Source: Acidimicrobiia bacterium (GTDB lineage Bacteria > Actinomycetota > Acidimicrobiia > Spongiisociales > ZC4RG35). From it: a stretch of DNA of 64,000 nucleotides. Positions 9,801 through 18,925 of this stretch are shown piece after piece. A program made the translations under genes and the position numbers. How positions within the stretch are numbered: position 1 is the first letter of the stretch; the number at the start of each line of letters is the position of its first letter. Below the pieces are notes generated by a model. It made no database searches. It had not been told where the DNA came from and saw only the letters and a list, made by a program, of their open reading frames with translations. The DNA is taken from the NCBI GenBank assembly GCA_009837815.1, contig VXSV01000140.1, forward strand, positions 5,528 to 69,527. Direction: 5' to 3'.

Positions 9801-10370
9801 GAGGCGCCCGGCGCGCTCAGGCGGCGGCTTGCGGCCGTGGAAGTAGCCGTGAAGAACCAGGACAATCGCGAGCATGACATCTTTGACTCTGACGACTACC
9901 TGCAGGAACACGGAGGCATGGTAGCCGCGATCAGGGCCCTGACCGGCCGGGAGCCCCGCGCCTGGTTCGGCGACAGCGCCAATCCGGCTGATCCCCAGGT
10001 CCGCTCCCTGGCCGAGGAGGCGGCCCGGGTGGTGCGAAGCCGGGTGCTCAACCCCAAGTGGATCGGCGCGATGCGTGAACACGGATACAAGGGTGCCTTC
10101 GAGTTGGCCGCCACCGTCGACTACCTCTTCGGCTACGACGCCACTGCCCGGGTCGTGGAGGACTGGATGTATGAGCGGGTCACCGAGGCCTACGTCGCCG
10201 ATCCGGAATTGAGGGAGTTCTTCGAGTCGTCCAACCCATGGGCCCTGCGTTCGATAGCCGAGCGCCTGCTGGAAGCCGACGAACGCGGCATGTGGGACGC
10301 CTCCGACGGGGCCCGCTTGCAACTCATCGCGGCGGTCCTGGAAGCAGAGGGGTGGGAGGAAACGCGATGA
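6828..10370 (+). CDS. cobN: Cobaltochelatase subunit CobN.
   Basis: A 1180-aa CobN/Mg-chelatase H-family protein. The N-terminus FLSNADTELL matches CobN, and the chelatase partner gene follows. Confidence 0.85.
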   Translation: MILFLSNADTELLAVRSIIDELPEGFGEVRWAHPERLEGFPDIRGTGAVVVRLLGGARAWEKQLRQLVDICRDRAVAVVALGGEAEPDAELAEMSTAPTGVVAEAHRYLAAGGPSNIAQMLRFVSDTLLLTGHGFAPPVELPRHGVWEGAGVGSDPSRRDRRRPLLGVLFYRAHLVAGNTDYVSSLCDAIERAGGDALAVYTYSLRSADNGEVPALEMCARAGVEALATSMFAAGGATGDHGDQWEAPQLADLGVPVIQAPASSRSQSDWMVGDAGLSPLDVAMGVAIPEFDGRIIGPTFAFKEVVDDGPYGELVSTRSNAERAERLASLLLNHAALRRTAPAAKRVALVLSAYPTKRGRLGNAVGLDTPASAIAVLGALARAGYGVDGIPAGGDELMAELAGRLTYDAPTVTASEASLAVGGMGAEDYGRWFGSLPVEARRQVEAVWGPAPGEVYLHDGRMVFPGLDLGNILVTVQPPRGFGPDPIVTYHAPDLPPPHHYLAFYRWLASPRCDGGWGADAIVHLGKHGTLEWLPGKATALSPACFPDAALAGVPLLYPFVVNDPGEGTQAKRRSHAVVIDHLPPPMTRADTYDDLARLEQLLDTHAQVEAMDPAKLPAIREQVWRLLVDMEIHRDLDLGDTAPDPSVFSDMVIHVDGYLCALKDAQIRGGLHVLGRPPEAEALVDSVLAVTRLPQGPVPSLRVSVASELGIELDGAGRRAVDRVEAECRRRVEALADSGWDPDATEDPTLSWVANRLVPAYQATTDELTNLLAGLNGRYVPAGPSGAPTRGAAHVLPTGRNFYSVDSKALPSPLAWEVGSALADRLVERHVAETGAPPTTVGLVLWGTAAMRTMGDDVAQALALLGVHPIWNEESRRVAGLEVVSLADLGRPRIDVTLRISGFFRDAFPHVIDLLDSAVEMVAGLDETAEDNPVAEAGAADARIYGPPPGGYGSGILPVIESGHWRSDADLAEVYMTWSGFSYRRGAHGEEAPGALRRRLAAVEVAVKNQDNREHDIFDSDDYLQEHGGMVAAIRALTGREPRAWFGDSANPADPQVRSLAEEAARVVRSRVLNPKWIGAMREHGYKGAFELAATVDYLFGYDATARVVEDWMYERVTEAYVADPELREFFESSNPWALRSIAERLLEADERGMWDASDGARLQLIAAVLEAEGWEETR

Positions 10371-12154
10371 TGACCTTTCCGTTCAGCGCGGTGGTGGGCC
10401 AGGAGCAAGCCAAACTCGCTCTGCAGTTGATCGCGGTCGATCCCGGCATCGGAGGAGTCCTGCTGCGTGGCGAGAAGGGTTCGGCCAAGACCACTCTGGC
10501 CCGCGGTCTGGCCGCGCTGATGGACGACGCCCCCTTCGTCGAACTCCCCCTGGGCGCCACCGAGGACCGCCTGCTGGGCAGTATCGACATCGCCGCGGCC
10601 CTGACCGCGAACCGGGTGTCCTTCCGCCCGGGCCTGCTGGCCGATGCCCACGGCGGCGTGCTGTACGTCGACGAGGTGAACCTGCTGGCCGATCACCTCG
10701 TGGACACCCTGCTGGATGTGGCCGCCTCCGGCGTCAACCGGGTGGAACGCGACGGTGTCGCCCACCAGCACGACGCCCGGTTCGTGCTGGTCGGGTCCAT
10801 GAATCGCGAGGAGGGCGAACTCAGGCCACAACTGCTGGACCGCTTTGGGCTGTGTGTGGAGGTGCGGGCGCCGCTCGATCCCGCAGACCGCGCCGAGATC
10901 GTGCGCCGCCGCCTGGCCTTCGACAGGGACGAGAGTGAGGGGGGTTACGGATCCGGCGACCGCCGGCTGGCGGCGACTCTTCGGCACACCTGTCCCGCCG
11001 ATGTTCCCGACGAAATCGTTTCCCAAGCGGCCGCCATCGCCCTGGCGGCCGGTGTGGAGGGCCTCCGGGCCGACCTGGTGCTATGCAGGGCCGCTGCGGC
11101 ACACGCCGCGCTCTCGGGGCGCGCCATCGCCGGAACCGATGACCTGAGGGCGGTGGCGCCCATGGCGATAGCGCACCGCAGCCGCCGCTCGCCGTTCGAT
11201 CCCCCCGTCATGGACAGCGACCGGCTGCAGCAAGCCATCGACGACGGGCTGAACGCCCCGCCCGCCGGCGACTCGCCTCCCCGGTCCGATCCCGGAGAGG
11301 AGACCAACGTCGATGACAGCCTCGGCGACGGCTCGGGCTTGCCGCGGCCCATGACCCTGGGCAGGGGACTGTCAGTGCCGGCGCCTCCCCGGTCCGGCCA
11401 GGTTGAGGCCGAACGAGGACGCGCGGTGCGAGACGTCCCGTTGGCGCAGTATCCCGGTGGCTCGGTTTCGGTGACGGCCACCGTGCGTCGGGCCGTGGCG
11501 GACGGCGGCGTCGCCGACCGCCGGCCCGGGACACGGGCCATTGGAGAGAGTGGTTTGCGGGCGGCGGTCCGGAGTCGTCCGAGGGGTTCCCTAGTGATCC
11601 TCACCGTGGACACGAGCACGTCGATGGGCGCCGCGGAGCGGGCCGAGGCCGCCACCGGCTCGGTGCTGGGGCTGCTGGCTGACGCCTACCAGCGGCGCGA
11701 CCAGGTGTGCATGATCACTTTCGGGGAAGGCGGGGCTCACACGATCCTGCCGCCAACGGGCAGCACGGAGGTGGCTCGCCGCCGCCTGCAGTCGTTGCAG
11801 ACCGGTGGGGCGACCCCACTCGGGGCCGGCCTCAAGCAGGCCTTGGCGGTGGCCACATCGGCCGGGGCGCGCCGCGACACCGAACGGGAACCGCTGATCG
11901 TGCTGCTGAGCGATGGCCGCGCCACGGCCGCCACCGGCGACGCCGAGCCGTTCGCTGAAGCTCTAGAAGCCGCCGCGGCGATCTCGACCGCCGCGGTGAG
12001 ATCGATAGTCGTGGACTGCGAGAACGGACCGCGCAGACTCCGTCTGGCCCGCCAGGTGGCGCGGGCGATGGGCGCTCGCTACCTCGTCGCCGCCGATCTG
12101 AGCCCCAGATGGCTTGACGAGACGATCCGCAGAGAACTCGCCGGTGAAAAATGA
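10367..12154 (+). CDS. Fused ChlI/ChlD-type chelatase ATPase plus vWA subunit (cobaltochelatase CobS/CobT analogue).
   Basis: It has an AAA+ ChlI N-terminus (GEKGSAKTT, VDEVNLL) and a C-terminal vWA/MIDAS domain (DTSTSMG). The start ATGATGA overlaps the cobN stop by 4 bp. Confidence 0.8.
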   Translation: MMTFPFSAVVGQEQAKLALQLIAVDPGIGGVLLRGEKGSAKTTLARGLAALMDDAPFVELPLGATEDRLLGSIDIAAALTANRVSFRPGLLADAHGGVLYVDEVNLLADHLVDTLLDVAASGVNRVERDGVAHQHDARFVLVGSMNREEGELRPQLLDRFGLCVEVRAPLDPADRAEIVRRRLAFDRDESEGGYGSGDRRLAATLRHTCPADVPDEIVSQAAAIALAAGVEGLRADLVLCRAAAAHAALSGRAIAGTDDLRAVAPMAIAHRSRRSPFDPPVMDSDRLQQAIDDGLNAPPAGDSPPRSDPGEETNVDDSLGDGSGLPRPMTLGRGLSVPAPPRSGQVEAERGRAVRDVPLAQYPGGSVSVTATVRRAVADGGVADRRPGTRAIGESGLRAAVRSRPRGSLVILTVDTSTSMGAAERAEAATGSVLGLLADAYQRRDQVCMITFGEGGAHTILPPTGSTEVARRRLQSLQTGGATPLGAGLKQALAVATSAGARRDTEREPLIVLLSDGRATAATGDAEPFAEALEAAAAISTAAVRSIVVDCENGPRRLRLARQVARAMGARYLVAADLSPRWLDETIRRELAGEK

Positions 12155-12205
12155 CGGCTGGGCGGCGGTTGGTGCCCGCCATCCCTGACTCGAGGAGGAT
12201 GTTTC

Positions 12206-13282
12206 ATGCAAGGTAGGCACCTATTTCGCCTCCTGCTGGCCGCTCTGTTGATGCTTGGCGCAGCCTGCGGCGGCGAGGACGGAGAAACCGCGTCTGAGTC
12301 GGCGCCCACAGATACTTTTACAGGACCGGCAACCCAGGCATCCCAGCCTGAAACCACCACCACCGCAGCGGTTGCTCCGACCACGGCGGCGCCACCGACC
12401 ACCACCGCAGCGGTTGCTCCGACCACGACGGCGCCACCGACCACCACCACGGAAGCCCCGGTCAGCGAGTTTCCGGTGACGGTGGCGGGGGTGGTCGTAC
12501 CCGCGAGACCCACCGCCATCGTTTCGCTGTCACCCTCTGCCACCGAGATGCTCTTCGCGGTCGGGGCGGGAGGCCAGGTCGTGGCGGTGGACTCGTTCTC
12601 CGACTATCCGGAGGGCACGCCGATCACCGACCTCAGCGGATTCCGACCCAATCTGGAGGCCATAGCCGCCTACGCGCCCGATCTGGTGGTGATGGCGCGG
12701 GGTCCCGATGAGATAGTCTCAGGTCTCCAAGCTCTGGGTATCCCGGTACTGGTCTTCGAAGCTGCCCTCGACCTGGAGAACGCCTACCAGCAGATGCTGT
12801 CGATAGGAACGGCCACCGGTCACGCGGATGGGGCCGGTTCATTGGTGGCTTCGCTACAGGAAGAAATCGCTCAACTGGTGGATCGGTATGCTGACCCCGG
12901 TCGGGAACTCACCTTCTACCACGAGATATCGGACTCGTTCTTCTCGGCGACTTCGGGGACCTTCATAGGAGCGGTCTACGCCCTGTTCGGTTTGGAGAAC
13001 ATCGCGGACCCGGCCGATCCGGATGGCGCCGGATACCCACAACTCTCCGCCGAGTACGTCCTCGAATCGGATCCCGACATCATCTTCTACGGCTGCGCGG
13101 AATGGTGCGGGACAACCGCCGAGTCGATCGCGGAACGACCCGGGTGGAACGAACTCCAGGCGGTCGGCAGCGGGCGCCTGTTCGAGGTCGATGACGACCT
13201 TTCGAGCAGGTGGGGACCCCGGTTGATCCAGTTCGCCCGCCTGATAGGGGAAACGCTCCAGACCCTCGCCGGAGGCGGTTGA
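12206..13282 (+). CDS. btuF: Corrinoid/iron-siderophore ABC transporter substrate-binding lipoprotein (BtuF/FecB family).
   Basis: It has a lipoprotein signal (LGAACGG), a Pro/Thr-rich linker with a tandem 45-bp repeat, and a cluster-8 periplasmic binding fold. It sits in a B12 cluster with a FecCD permease. Confidence 0.7.
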   Translation: MQGRHLFRLLLAALLMLGAACGGEDGETASESAPTDTFTGPATQASQPETTTTAAVAPTTAAPPTTTAAVAPTTTAPPTTTTEAPVSEFPVTVAGVVVPARPTAIVSLSPSATEMLFAVGAGGQVVAVDSFSDYPEGTPITDLSGFRPNLEAIAAYAPDLVVMARGPDEIVSGLQALGIPVLVFEAALDLENAYQQMLSIGTATGHADGAGSLVASLQEEIAQLVDRYADPGRELTFYHEISDSFFSATSGTFIGAVYALFGLENIADPADPDGAGYPQLSAEYVLESDPDIIFYGCAEWCGTTAESIAERPGWNELQAVGSGRLFEVDDDLSSRWGPRLIQFARLIGETLQTLAGGG

Positions 13283-14331
13283 TGACAATGGACGACTCGC
13301 CTGCTTCGCTGCGTGGCTTGAGGCTCCGGTGGGGCTGGATGACGGTGATGCTGGCCGTGCTGCTGGCTGCAATGGTGGCGGGGATCACGATCGGGCCGGC
13401 GGGAATCAGCGCCGGGCAAGTTGTCGCCGAGTTGGTAGGCGCCGGACTGGCCGGACGTCCCTCGACGCTGTCGGGCATCCAGCAAGCCATCATCTGGGAA
13501 ATCCGCCTCCCTCGGGTTGTCCTCGGTGGCCTGGTGGGTTGCCTTCTCGCCTTGGCGGGCGCTTCCTACCAGGGAGTGTTCCGCAACCCCCTGGCCGATC
13601 CGTACCTGCTGGGGGTAGCGGCCGGCGGCGGACTGGGCGCCACGGTGGTGATCGCTCTCGTGCCCGGAGCCGCAGCCACCATGATGCCCATTGCGGCATT
13701 CGTCGGCGCGCTGGTGGCGGTCGCCCTCACCTACACCGTGGGGCGGTCAATGGGAGGCCGGAGCGCGGTGTCGCTCATTCTCGCAGGTGTGGCGGTGGCG
13801 GCCTTCTTCACGGCCATCCAGACCTACATCATGCAGACCAACGCCGACACCATCCGGCAGGTGTACTCGTGGATTCTCGGTCTCTTGGCTACCACAGGGT
13901 GGAGTGAGGTACTGGTGCTCGTCCCCTACGCGATCGTTTGCGGCATCGGGTTGCTCTTGCACCGGCGGCTACTGGACGTGATGAGCGTGGGAGACGAGGA
14001 GGTGGACAGCCTGGGGGTGTCGGCGACCAGGGTTCGTATCACCGTCGTCATCTTCTCCACCCTGGCCACGGCCGCGGCGGTGGCGGTGAGCGGGCTGATC
14101 GGTTTTGTCGGTATCGTGATCCCGCACACCGTCAGGCTGGTGATCGGGGTCAGCTACCGGTCGCTCATACCGGTTTCCATGATTGCCGGCGCCGCCTTCC
14201 TGATCCTTGCCGACCTGGTCGCCCGCACCGTGGCCAGCCCGGCCGAACTCCCTATCGGGGTCATCACCGCTTTCGTGGGGGCTCCGTTCTTCCTGATCGT
14301 GCTGCGCACCACCCGACGGTACGTGATGTGA
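13282..14331 (+). CDS. btuC: FecCD-family ABC permease (BtuC-like).
   Basis: Its ~350 aa form 9-10 TM helices with FecCD motifs. The ATG overlaps the btuF stop by 1 nt. Confidence 0.8.
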   Translation: MTMDDSPASLRGLRLRWGWMTVMLAVLLAAMVAGITIGPAGISAGQVVAELVGAGLAGRPSTLSGIQQAIIWEIRLPRVVLGGLVGCLLALAGASYQGVFRNPLADPYLLGVAAGGGLGATVVIALVPGAAATMMPIAAFVGALVAVALTYTVGRSMGGRSAVSLILAGVAVAAFFTAIQTYIMQTNADTIRQVYSWILGLLATTGWSEVLVLVPYAIVCGIGLLLHRRLLDVMSVGDEEVDSLGVSATRVRITVVIFSTLATAAAVAVSGLIGFVGIVIPHTVRLVIGVSYRSLIPVSMIAGAAFLILADLVARTVASPAELPIGVITAFVGAPFFLIVLRTTRRYVM

Positions 14332-15107
14332 GCGTGGAGGTCCGCAGCCTAACGGTGTCCTACCTACCCGGTGTGCCGGTGTTGGCAGACCTGGACCTGG
14401 AGGTCGCCACCGGGGAGTGGCTCGGCCTTCTCGGACCCAACGGCGCCGGCAAGTCGACCCTGCTCAAAGCCATCGCCGGCCTGGTGCGGCACTCGGGAAG
14501 CGTCGAGCTACTGGGGACTGATTCGACCTCGACACCCAGGCGGGCCCGGGCCCGGGCGGTGGCCTTCGTCCCCCAAGAGCCCATGATCCCCCTCGAGATG
14601 ACGGTCACCGAGTACGTGCTCCTGGGTAGGACGCCCCATCTTTCCTATCTCGGTCGGGAAGGCCGCCGTGACTTCAAGGCCGCCTCATCGGCTCTTGACC
14701 TGCTGGATCTCGGCTGTTTCGCCGGCCGCAAGATGTCCGAACTCAGCGGCGGGGAGCGGCGCCGGGTTGTCCTGGCAAGGGCCATCGCCCAGGAAGCCAA
14801 CATCCTCCTGCTGGACGAGCCGACCGGGGGGCTCGACATCGGCCAGGGCCAGAAGGCGCTCGGGCTGATCAGCTACCTTCGGTCCGAGCGCCCGATGACC
14901 ATCATCACCGCCATGCACGACCTGACCCTGGCCGGGCGGTTCGCCGATCGCCTGGTGATGATGGCCGGCGGCCGGATCATCGTGGCCGGATCCGCCGCGC
15001 ATGTACTCACAGCCAACTACATAAGGGACTTCTATCAGGCCGACGTCGAGGTGGTCAGGGTCAATGGAGGCCTGGCGATAGTCCCGGTCAGGAATGGTTC
15101 CCAATGA
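14328..15107 (+). CDS. btuD: ABC transporter ATP-binding protein (BtuD/FecE-like).
   Basis: Walker A (GPNGAGKST), ABC signature (LSGGERRRV) and Walker B (LLLDEPT) are present. A GTG start overlaps the permease stop. Confidence 0.8.
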   Translation: MSVEVRSLTVSYLPGVPVLADLDLEVATGEWLGLLGPNGAGKSTLLKAIAGLVRHSGSVELLGTDSTSTPRRARARAVAFVPQEPMIPLEMTVTEYVLLGRTPHLSYLGREGRRDFKAASSALDLLDLGCFAGRKMSELSGGERRRVVLARAIAQEANILLLDEPTGGLDIGQGQKALGLISYLRSERPMTIITAMHDLTLAGRFADRLVMMAGGRIIVAGSAAHVLTANYIRDFYQADVEVVRVNGGLAIVPVRNGSQ

Positions 15108-15670
15108 GCAAGGCTCCCCGCACAGAAGACCCCCGCCGCCGCGATGTCAAGCGAGCACCCTCCGTAGTGGTGATCAACACCGGTGACGGGAAAGGCAAGA
15201 GCACCGCAGCCATGGGAATGGTGATGCGTTCCGTGGCCCGCAACTGGCAGGTGGCGGTGGTGCAGTTCATCAAGTCCGGAAAGTGGAAGGTGGGCGAGGA
15301 GAAGGTAGGACAGCGCCTCGGCGTCGAGTGGGTGGCCGGTGGCGACGGCTTCTCATGGGACAGCGAGGATCTCGACCGCTCGGCTGAACTGAACCGGGAG
15401 ACATGGGAGTTGGCGCGGAGGCGGATCGAAGCGGGAAAACACCGTCTCGTGGTTCTCGACGAGATCACTTACCCCATCAACTGGGGCTGGATCGACGAGG
15501 AGGAGGTGGCCGGCACCATCATCAACCGTCCGGCTCACGTCAACGTGGTGATCACCGGTCGGGATGTCCCCGCACGCCTAGTCGAGATCGCCCACACCGT
15601 CACCGAGATGCAGCTTGTGAAACACGCCTATCAGCAAGGCATCCGAACCATACGAGGTATCGACTTCTGA
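15104..15670 (+). CDS. cobO: Cob(I)yrinic acid a,c-diamide adenosyltransferase (CobO/BtuR/CobA type).
   Basis: The 188-aa protein has the P-loop-like motif NTGDGKGKSTAAMG characteristic of CobA/CobO. Confidence 0.8.
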   Translation: MSKAPRTEDPRRRDVKRAPSVVVINTGDGKGKSTAAMGMVMRSVARNWQVAVVQFIKSGKWKVGEEKVGQRLGVEWVAGGDGFSWDSEDLDRSAELNRETWELARRRIEAGKHRLVVLDEITYPINWGWIDEEEVAGTIINRPAHVNVVITGRDVPARLVEIAHTVTEMQLVKHAYQQGIRTIRGIDF

Positions 15671-15835
15671 CTCTCCGGGAAACTTGAGGCTGTGTACTCC
15701 CCGATGGTCTGTCAGGCGGCGTTCTCGCCGGACTGCCCTGCCGCAGGTCCACCGGGACGTCCCGGGGGGAATCCTGGCAACGACTCAACCTCCGGGCTGT
15801 TACCAGGTTCGACGCCAACGGCTGAGTTTGAATGA

Positions 15836-15926
<91 letters not shown>

Positions 15927-15963
15927 TATTGTCCAGCGTCGGTTAGTAGGCTTCTCCCGGCGC

Positions 15964-16056
15964 TGGCGGAGGGAGTGGGATTTGAACCCACGAGGGGGGG
16001 TCACCCCCAACGGCATTTCCAGTGCCGCGCACTAGACCAGACTATGCGATCCCTCC
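15964..16056 (-). tRNA. tRNA-Ser (anticodon GGA), CCA encoded.
   Basis: The reverse complement GGAGGGATCGCATAGTCTGG...CACTGGAAATGCCG...GGGTTCAAATCCCACTCCCTCCGCCA has a long variable arm. Confidence 0.85.
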
Positions 16057-16140
16057 ATACCCGTAATGTGGATAGGTTAAGAAAGCGCTCAGTTCGCCCT
16101 AGAACTTTAGCAACCGGCTCCAGCGAGGCAATCGGGGAAT

Positions 16141-16617
16141 ATGACCGAGTCAGTAGATCACTATCGGGTCATGGAACTGGCCTTGGCTGAAGCCGCCAAG
16201 GCGCCGGCGCATGGGGATGTGCCCGTGGGAGCGGTGGTTATCGACTCGACCGGGAGGGTGGTCGCCGCCGACCACAACCGCCGGGAGGAACGAGGGGATC
16301 CCACCGCCCATGCCGAGGTGTTGGTGTTGGCCGAGGCGGCTCGCCGGGCGGGCTCCTGGCGTCTGCTGGGGCACTCTCTCTATGTGACATTGGAACCTTG
16401 CTCGATGTGCGCAGGCGCGGCGGTCTCCGGACGTATCGACCGGATCGTGTACGGCGCCGCCGATCCCAAGGCGGGAGCGGTGCTGAGCCTCTACAACATC
16501 CCCGCGGACCGGCGTCTCAATCATCAGTGCGAGATCGTGGCGGGGGTGGGCGCCGCCCGGAGCGCCGAGATGCTCAGATCCTTCTTCAGCAGCAAGAGGG
16601 GCGGGAACAACGGCTGA
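16141..16617 (+). CDS. tadA: tRNA-specific adenosine deaminase TadA.
   Basis: The HAE...PCxxC zinc motifs are present (HAEVLVL, PCSMCAGA). The 158-aa gene lies next to tRNA genes. Confidence 0.85.
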   Translation: MTESVDHYRVMELALAEAAKAPAHGDVPVGAVVIDSTGRVVAADHNRREERGDPTAHAEVLVLAEAARRAGSWRLLGHSLYVTLEPCSMCAGAAVSGRIDRIVYGAADPKAGAVLSLYNIPADRRLNHQCEIVAGVGAARSAEMLRSFFSSKRGGNNG

Positions 16618-16769
16618 TCTCATCTCCGTTTTATTCGGGATTGTGCTAAGGTCGGCACGCGTGCTAAGCGGGGCACTAGGGGTTCCCTGAACCCGAAAAC
16701 CTCTATAAGCGGGGCTGAATTCCCCGCCTGAGGGCGCCGAGCCCCGGGCAGGCGGCAAGAGCGCAGTGA

Positions 16770-16870
16770 TGACGGCCGGGTCCCGTGAGTCGGGGTGGTC
16801 GTGAACCGGGTCAGGTCCGGAAGGAAGCAGCCCTAAGCGGGTGTCCCGGCGCCGCGGGGGCGCCTGGTCC
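16770..16870 (+). ncRNA. ffs: Signal recognition particle RNA (ffs, 4.5S type). Boundaries are approximate.
   Basis: The invariant domain-IV motif GGGTCAGGTCCGGAAGGAAGCAGCC is at 16808-16832. Flanking GC-rich segments are complementary, and the region is a non-coding gap after tadA. Confidence 0.65.
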
Positions 16871-16948
16871 GAGCCGGCGGTTTGCCGACTGACCGGTGGC
16901 GTCGAGTCCGATGGCGGGGTGCACGCTTTATGCCCGTCGGGCCGGTGG

Positions 16949-17593
16949 TCACTCCCGAGACTTGATCAGCGTCACTCCGTACACGCCGCCGAACCACCCC
17001 ATTCTCCACAGACGGGCGCTCCGGAGTGGTCCGGCCCGGAACATCTCTTCGGGATGGGGGAGTTTGTCCAGGGAGCGGTGGAAATACCAGTATTCCCGCA
17101 CGGCGCCGGCCATCAGTCCTATCAGGGGAGTGACTATCGCGGTTCCCAACCTGTGGACCGACCTGCTCAACCGGCCGAGGGGCCTTCCCGCATCCACCAC
17201 CACCATCACACCGCCCGGGCGCAGCACGCGGGCGGCTTCGGTGAGGGTCTTCCCCACCGACTCGAGGTTGCGGAACACGAATGCGGACCAGATGCCGTCG
17301 AAACTGTTGTCGGCAAAAGGCAGGCTCTCCCCCTTTCCCACCACCCTGTGCGGCGACGGATTGGCCGAGAGCATCGTCCAGGCCGGATCCAGCGCCACGA
17401 TGCGTTGGCTCCTCCGGAAGAGCGACACGGCCACCCCGGTGCCGGCGCCGAGATCCAGGACTCTCCCGTCGGGGAGCTGATCGATTCCTCTCCTCCTCCA
17501 GGCCTGATCCCGGCCGAGGGAGAGAATCCGGTTGCACCGGTCGTACCTCCGATGGATGCGCGAGAAGATGCGTTCGGGAGACAGCCCGGTCAC
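16949..17593 (-). CDS. Class I SAM-dependent methyltransferase, UbiE/MenG (demethylmenaquinone methyltransferase) family.
   Basis: The N-terminus has the UbiE/COQ5-like pattern (YDRCNRILSLGRDQAWRR). A SAM-binding LDLGAGTG motif is present. Confidence 0.7.
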   Translation of the reverse strand: MTGLSPERIFSRIHRRYDRCNRILSLGRDQAWRRRGIDQLPDGRVLDLGAGTGVAVSLFRRSQRIVALDPAWTMLSANPSPHRVVGKGESLPFADNSFDGIWSAFVFRNLESVGKTLTEAARVLRPGGVMVVVDAGRPLGRLSRSVHRLGTAIVTPLIGLMAGAVREYWYFHRSLDKLPHPEEMFRAGPLRSARLWRMGWFGGVYGVTLIKSRE

Positions 17594-17605
17594 CTTCGCC
17601 GCCTC

Positions 17606-18865
17606 CTAGGGAGGATCGATCCGGTCAAAGCCCAGGTACGGGTGAAGAGCCTCGGGCATGAGCACCGATCCGTCGCTTTGCTGGTGGTTCTCCAACAGAG
17701 CGATGATCACCCTGCCCACCGCCACCGCCGTTCCGTTCAGGGTGTGAACCAAGCGATTGCCCCCGTGCGCTCTCAAACGGATCTTCAGGCGCCGGGCCTG
17801 GTAGTCGGTGGTGTTGGAGCAGGAGGTCACCTCCCGGTAGGCATTCCAGGAGGGAAACCAGGCCTCGATGTCGTACTTCTTGGCGGCCGACGCGCCCAGG
17901 TCGCCGGCGGCCACGTTGACCACTCGGTAGGGAATCTCCAACTCTCCGATAAGCTTTTCCTCCAGGTCCAGGATCCGCTCGTGCTCGGCGCTCGAATCTT
18001 CGGGGCGGGTGAAGGAGAACATCTCCACCTTGTCGAACTGGTGGACCCTGAAGATGCCGCCGGTGTCCTTTCCGTGGGTTCCCGCCTCCCGACGAAAGCA
18101 ACTGGAGAAACCGGCGTATCGGATGGGAAGCTGTTCGGGGTCCAGAATCTCGTCGGCGTGGTAGGCGGCGAGGCTGATCTCCGATGTGGCGGCCAGGAAC
18201 AACTCGTCGGCGGGGATCTCGTACACCTGCTGGCGATCTCCGGGAAAGAACCCGGTGCCGAACAGGGCCATCTCCCGGACCAGCACCGGGGTAATCATGG
18301 GAACCAGTCCGGCTTTGACCAGGTGGTCCATGGACCAGTTGATCAGGCCAAATTCCAGCAATGCGCCCTTGCCCTTCAGATACCCGAACCGGGATCCGGC
18401 CACCTTGGCCGCCCGTTTGGTGTCGATGATGTCGAGGCGCTCGCCGAGCGTGTCGTGGCCGACCGGATCGAAGCTGAACCGGGGGATGTCCCCCGACCGG
18501 CGGATTTCTTGGGAGTCTTCCTCGGTGAGACCGTCGGCGGCGCTGGGATCGACCAGGTTGGGCAGGGTGTGCCACTCCCGGTAGAACCGGTCCGAGAGTT
18601 CCCCGGCGCGGGCGTTCAACTCCTTGATGCGGCCGGCAAGAGAAGCCGCGCTCTCGATGGCTTGGCGCTTTTCTTCTCCGCGGAGACCGGCGATGTTCTT
18701 CCCCAGAGACCGTTGGGCGGCCCGCGTGTTGTCTGCCTCGTGGCGCAACTGCCGGATCCTGGCCTCGGTATTCGCCAAGTCTTCCACGGGTACTTGCAGG
18801 CCTCGGCGAGCCATGGAATGACGGATGGCCTCCGGGGAGGAGCGAAGCGTGGCGAGGTCAAGCAT
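17606..18865 (-). CDS. serS: Seryl-tRNA synthetase.
   Basis: The N-terminus MLDLATLRSSPE starts a coiled-coil arm. A class II core is present. The protein is 419 aa. Confidence 0.9.
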   Translation of the reverse strand: MLDLATLRSSPEAIRHSMARRGLQVPVEDLANTEARIRQLRHEADNTRAAQRSLGKNIAGLRGEEKRQAIESAASLAGRIKELNARAGELSDRFYREWHTLPNLVDPSAADGLTEEDSQEIRRSGDIPRFSFDPVGHDTLGERLDIIDTKRAAKVAGSRFGYLKGKGALLEFGLINWSMDHLVKAGLVPMITPVLVREMALFGTGFFPGDRQQVYEIPADELFLAATSEISLAAYHADEILDPEQLPIRYAGFSSCFRREAGTHGKDTGGIFRVHQFDKVEMFSFTRPEDSSAEHERILDLEEKLIGELEIPYRVVNVAAGDLGASAAKKYDIEAWFPSWNAYREVTSCSNTTDYQARRLKIRLRAHGGNRLVHTLNGTAVAVGRVIIALLENHQQSDGSVLMPEALHPYLGFDRIDPP

Positions 18866-18925
18866 TGGGATACATGTTAAAGGGAACGCTACAGCTGGGA
18901 TGGCTGACGGCCGCGAGGAGAATCC

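Noticed and set aside
16841-18880. A 679-aa plus-strand ORF spanning the methyltransferase and serS region.
   Set aside because: It is the antisense shadow of two well-supported minus-strand genes (ubiE-like and serS). The translation is low-complexity and R/G/P-rich with no domain, which is typical of high-GC spurious ORFs. The same applies to 7659..9560(-), 2028..3311(+), 10190..11026(-), 30928..32130(-) and 39543..40562(-).
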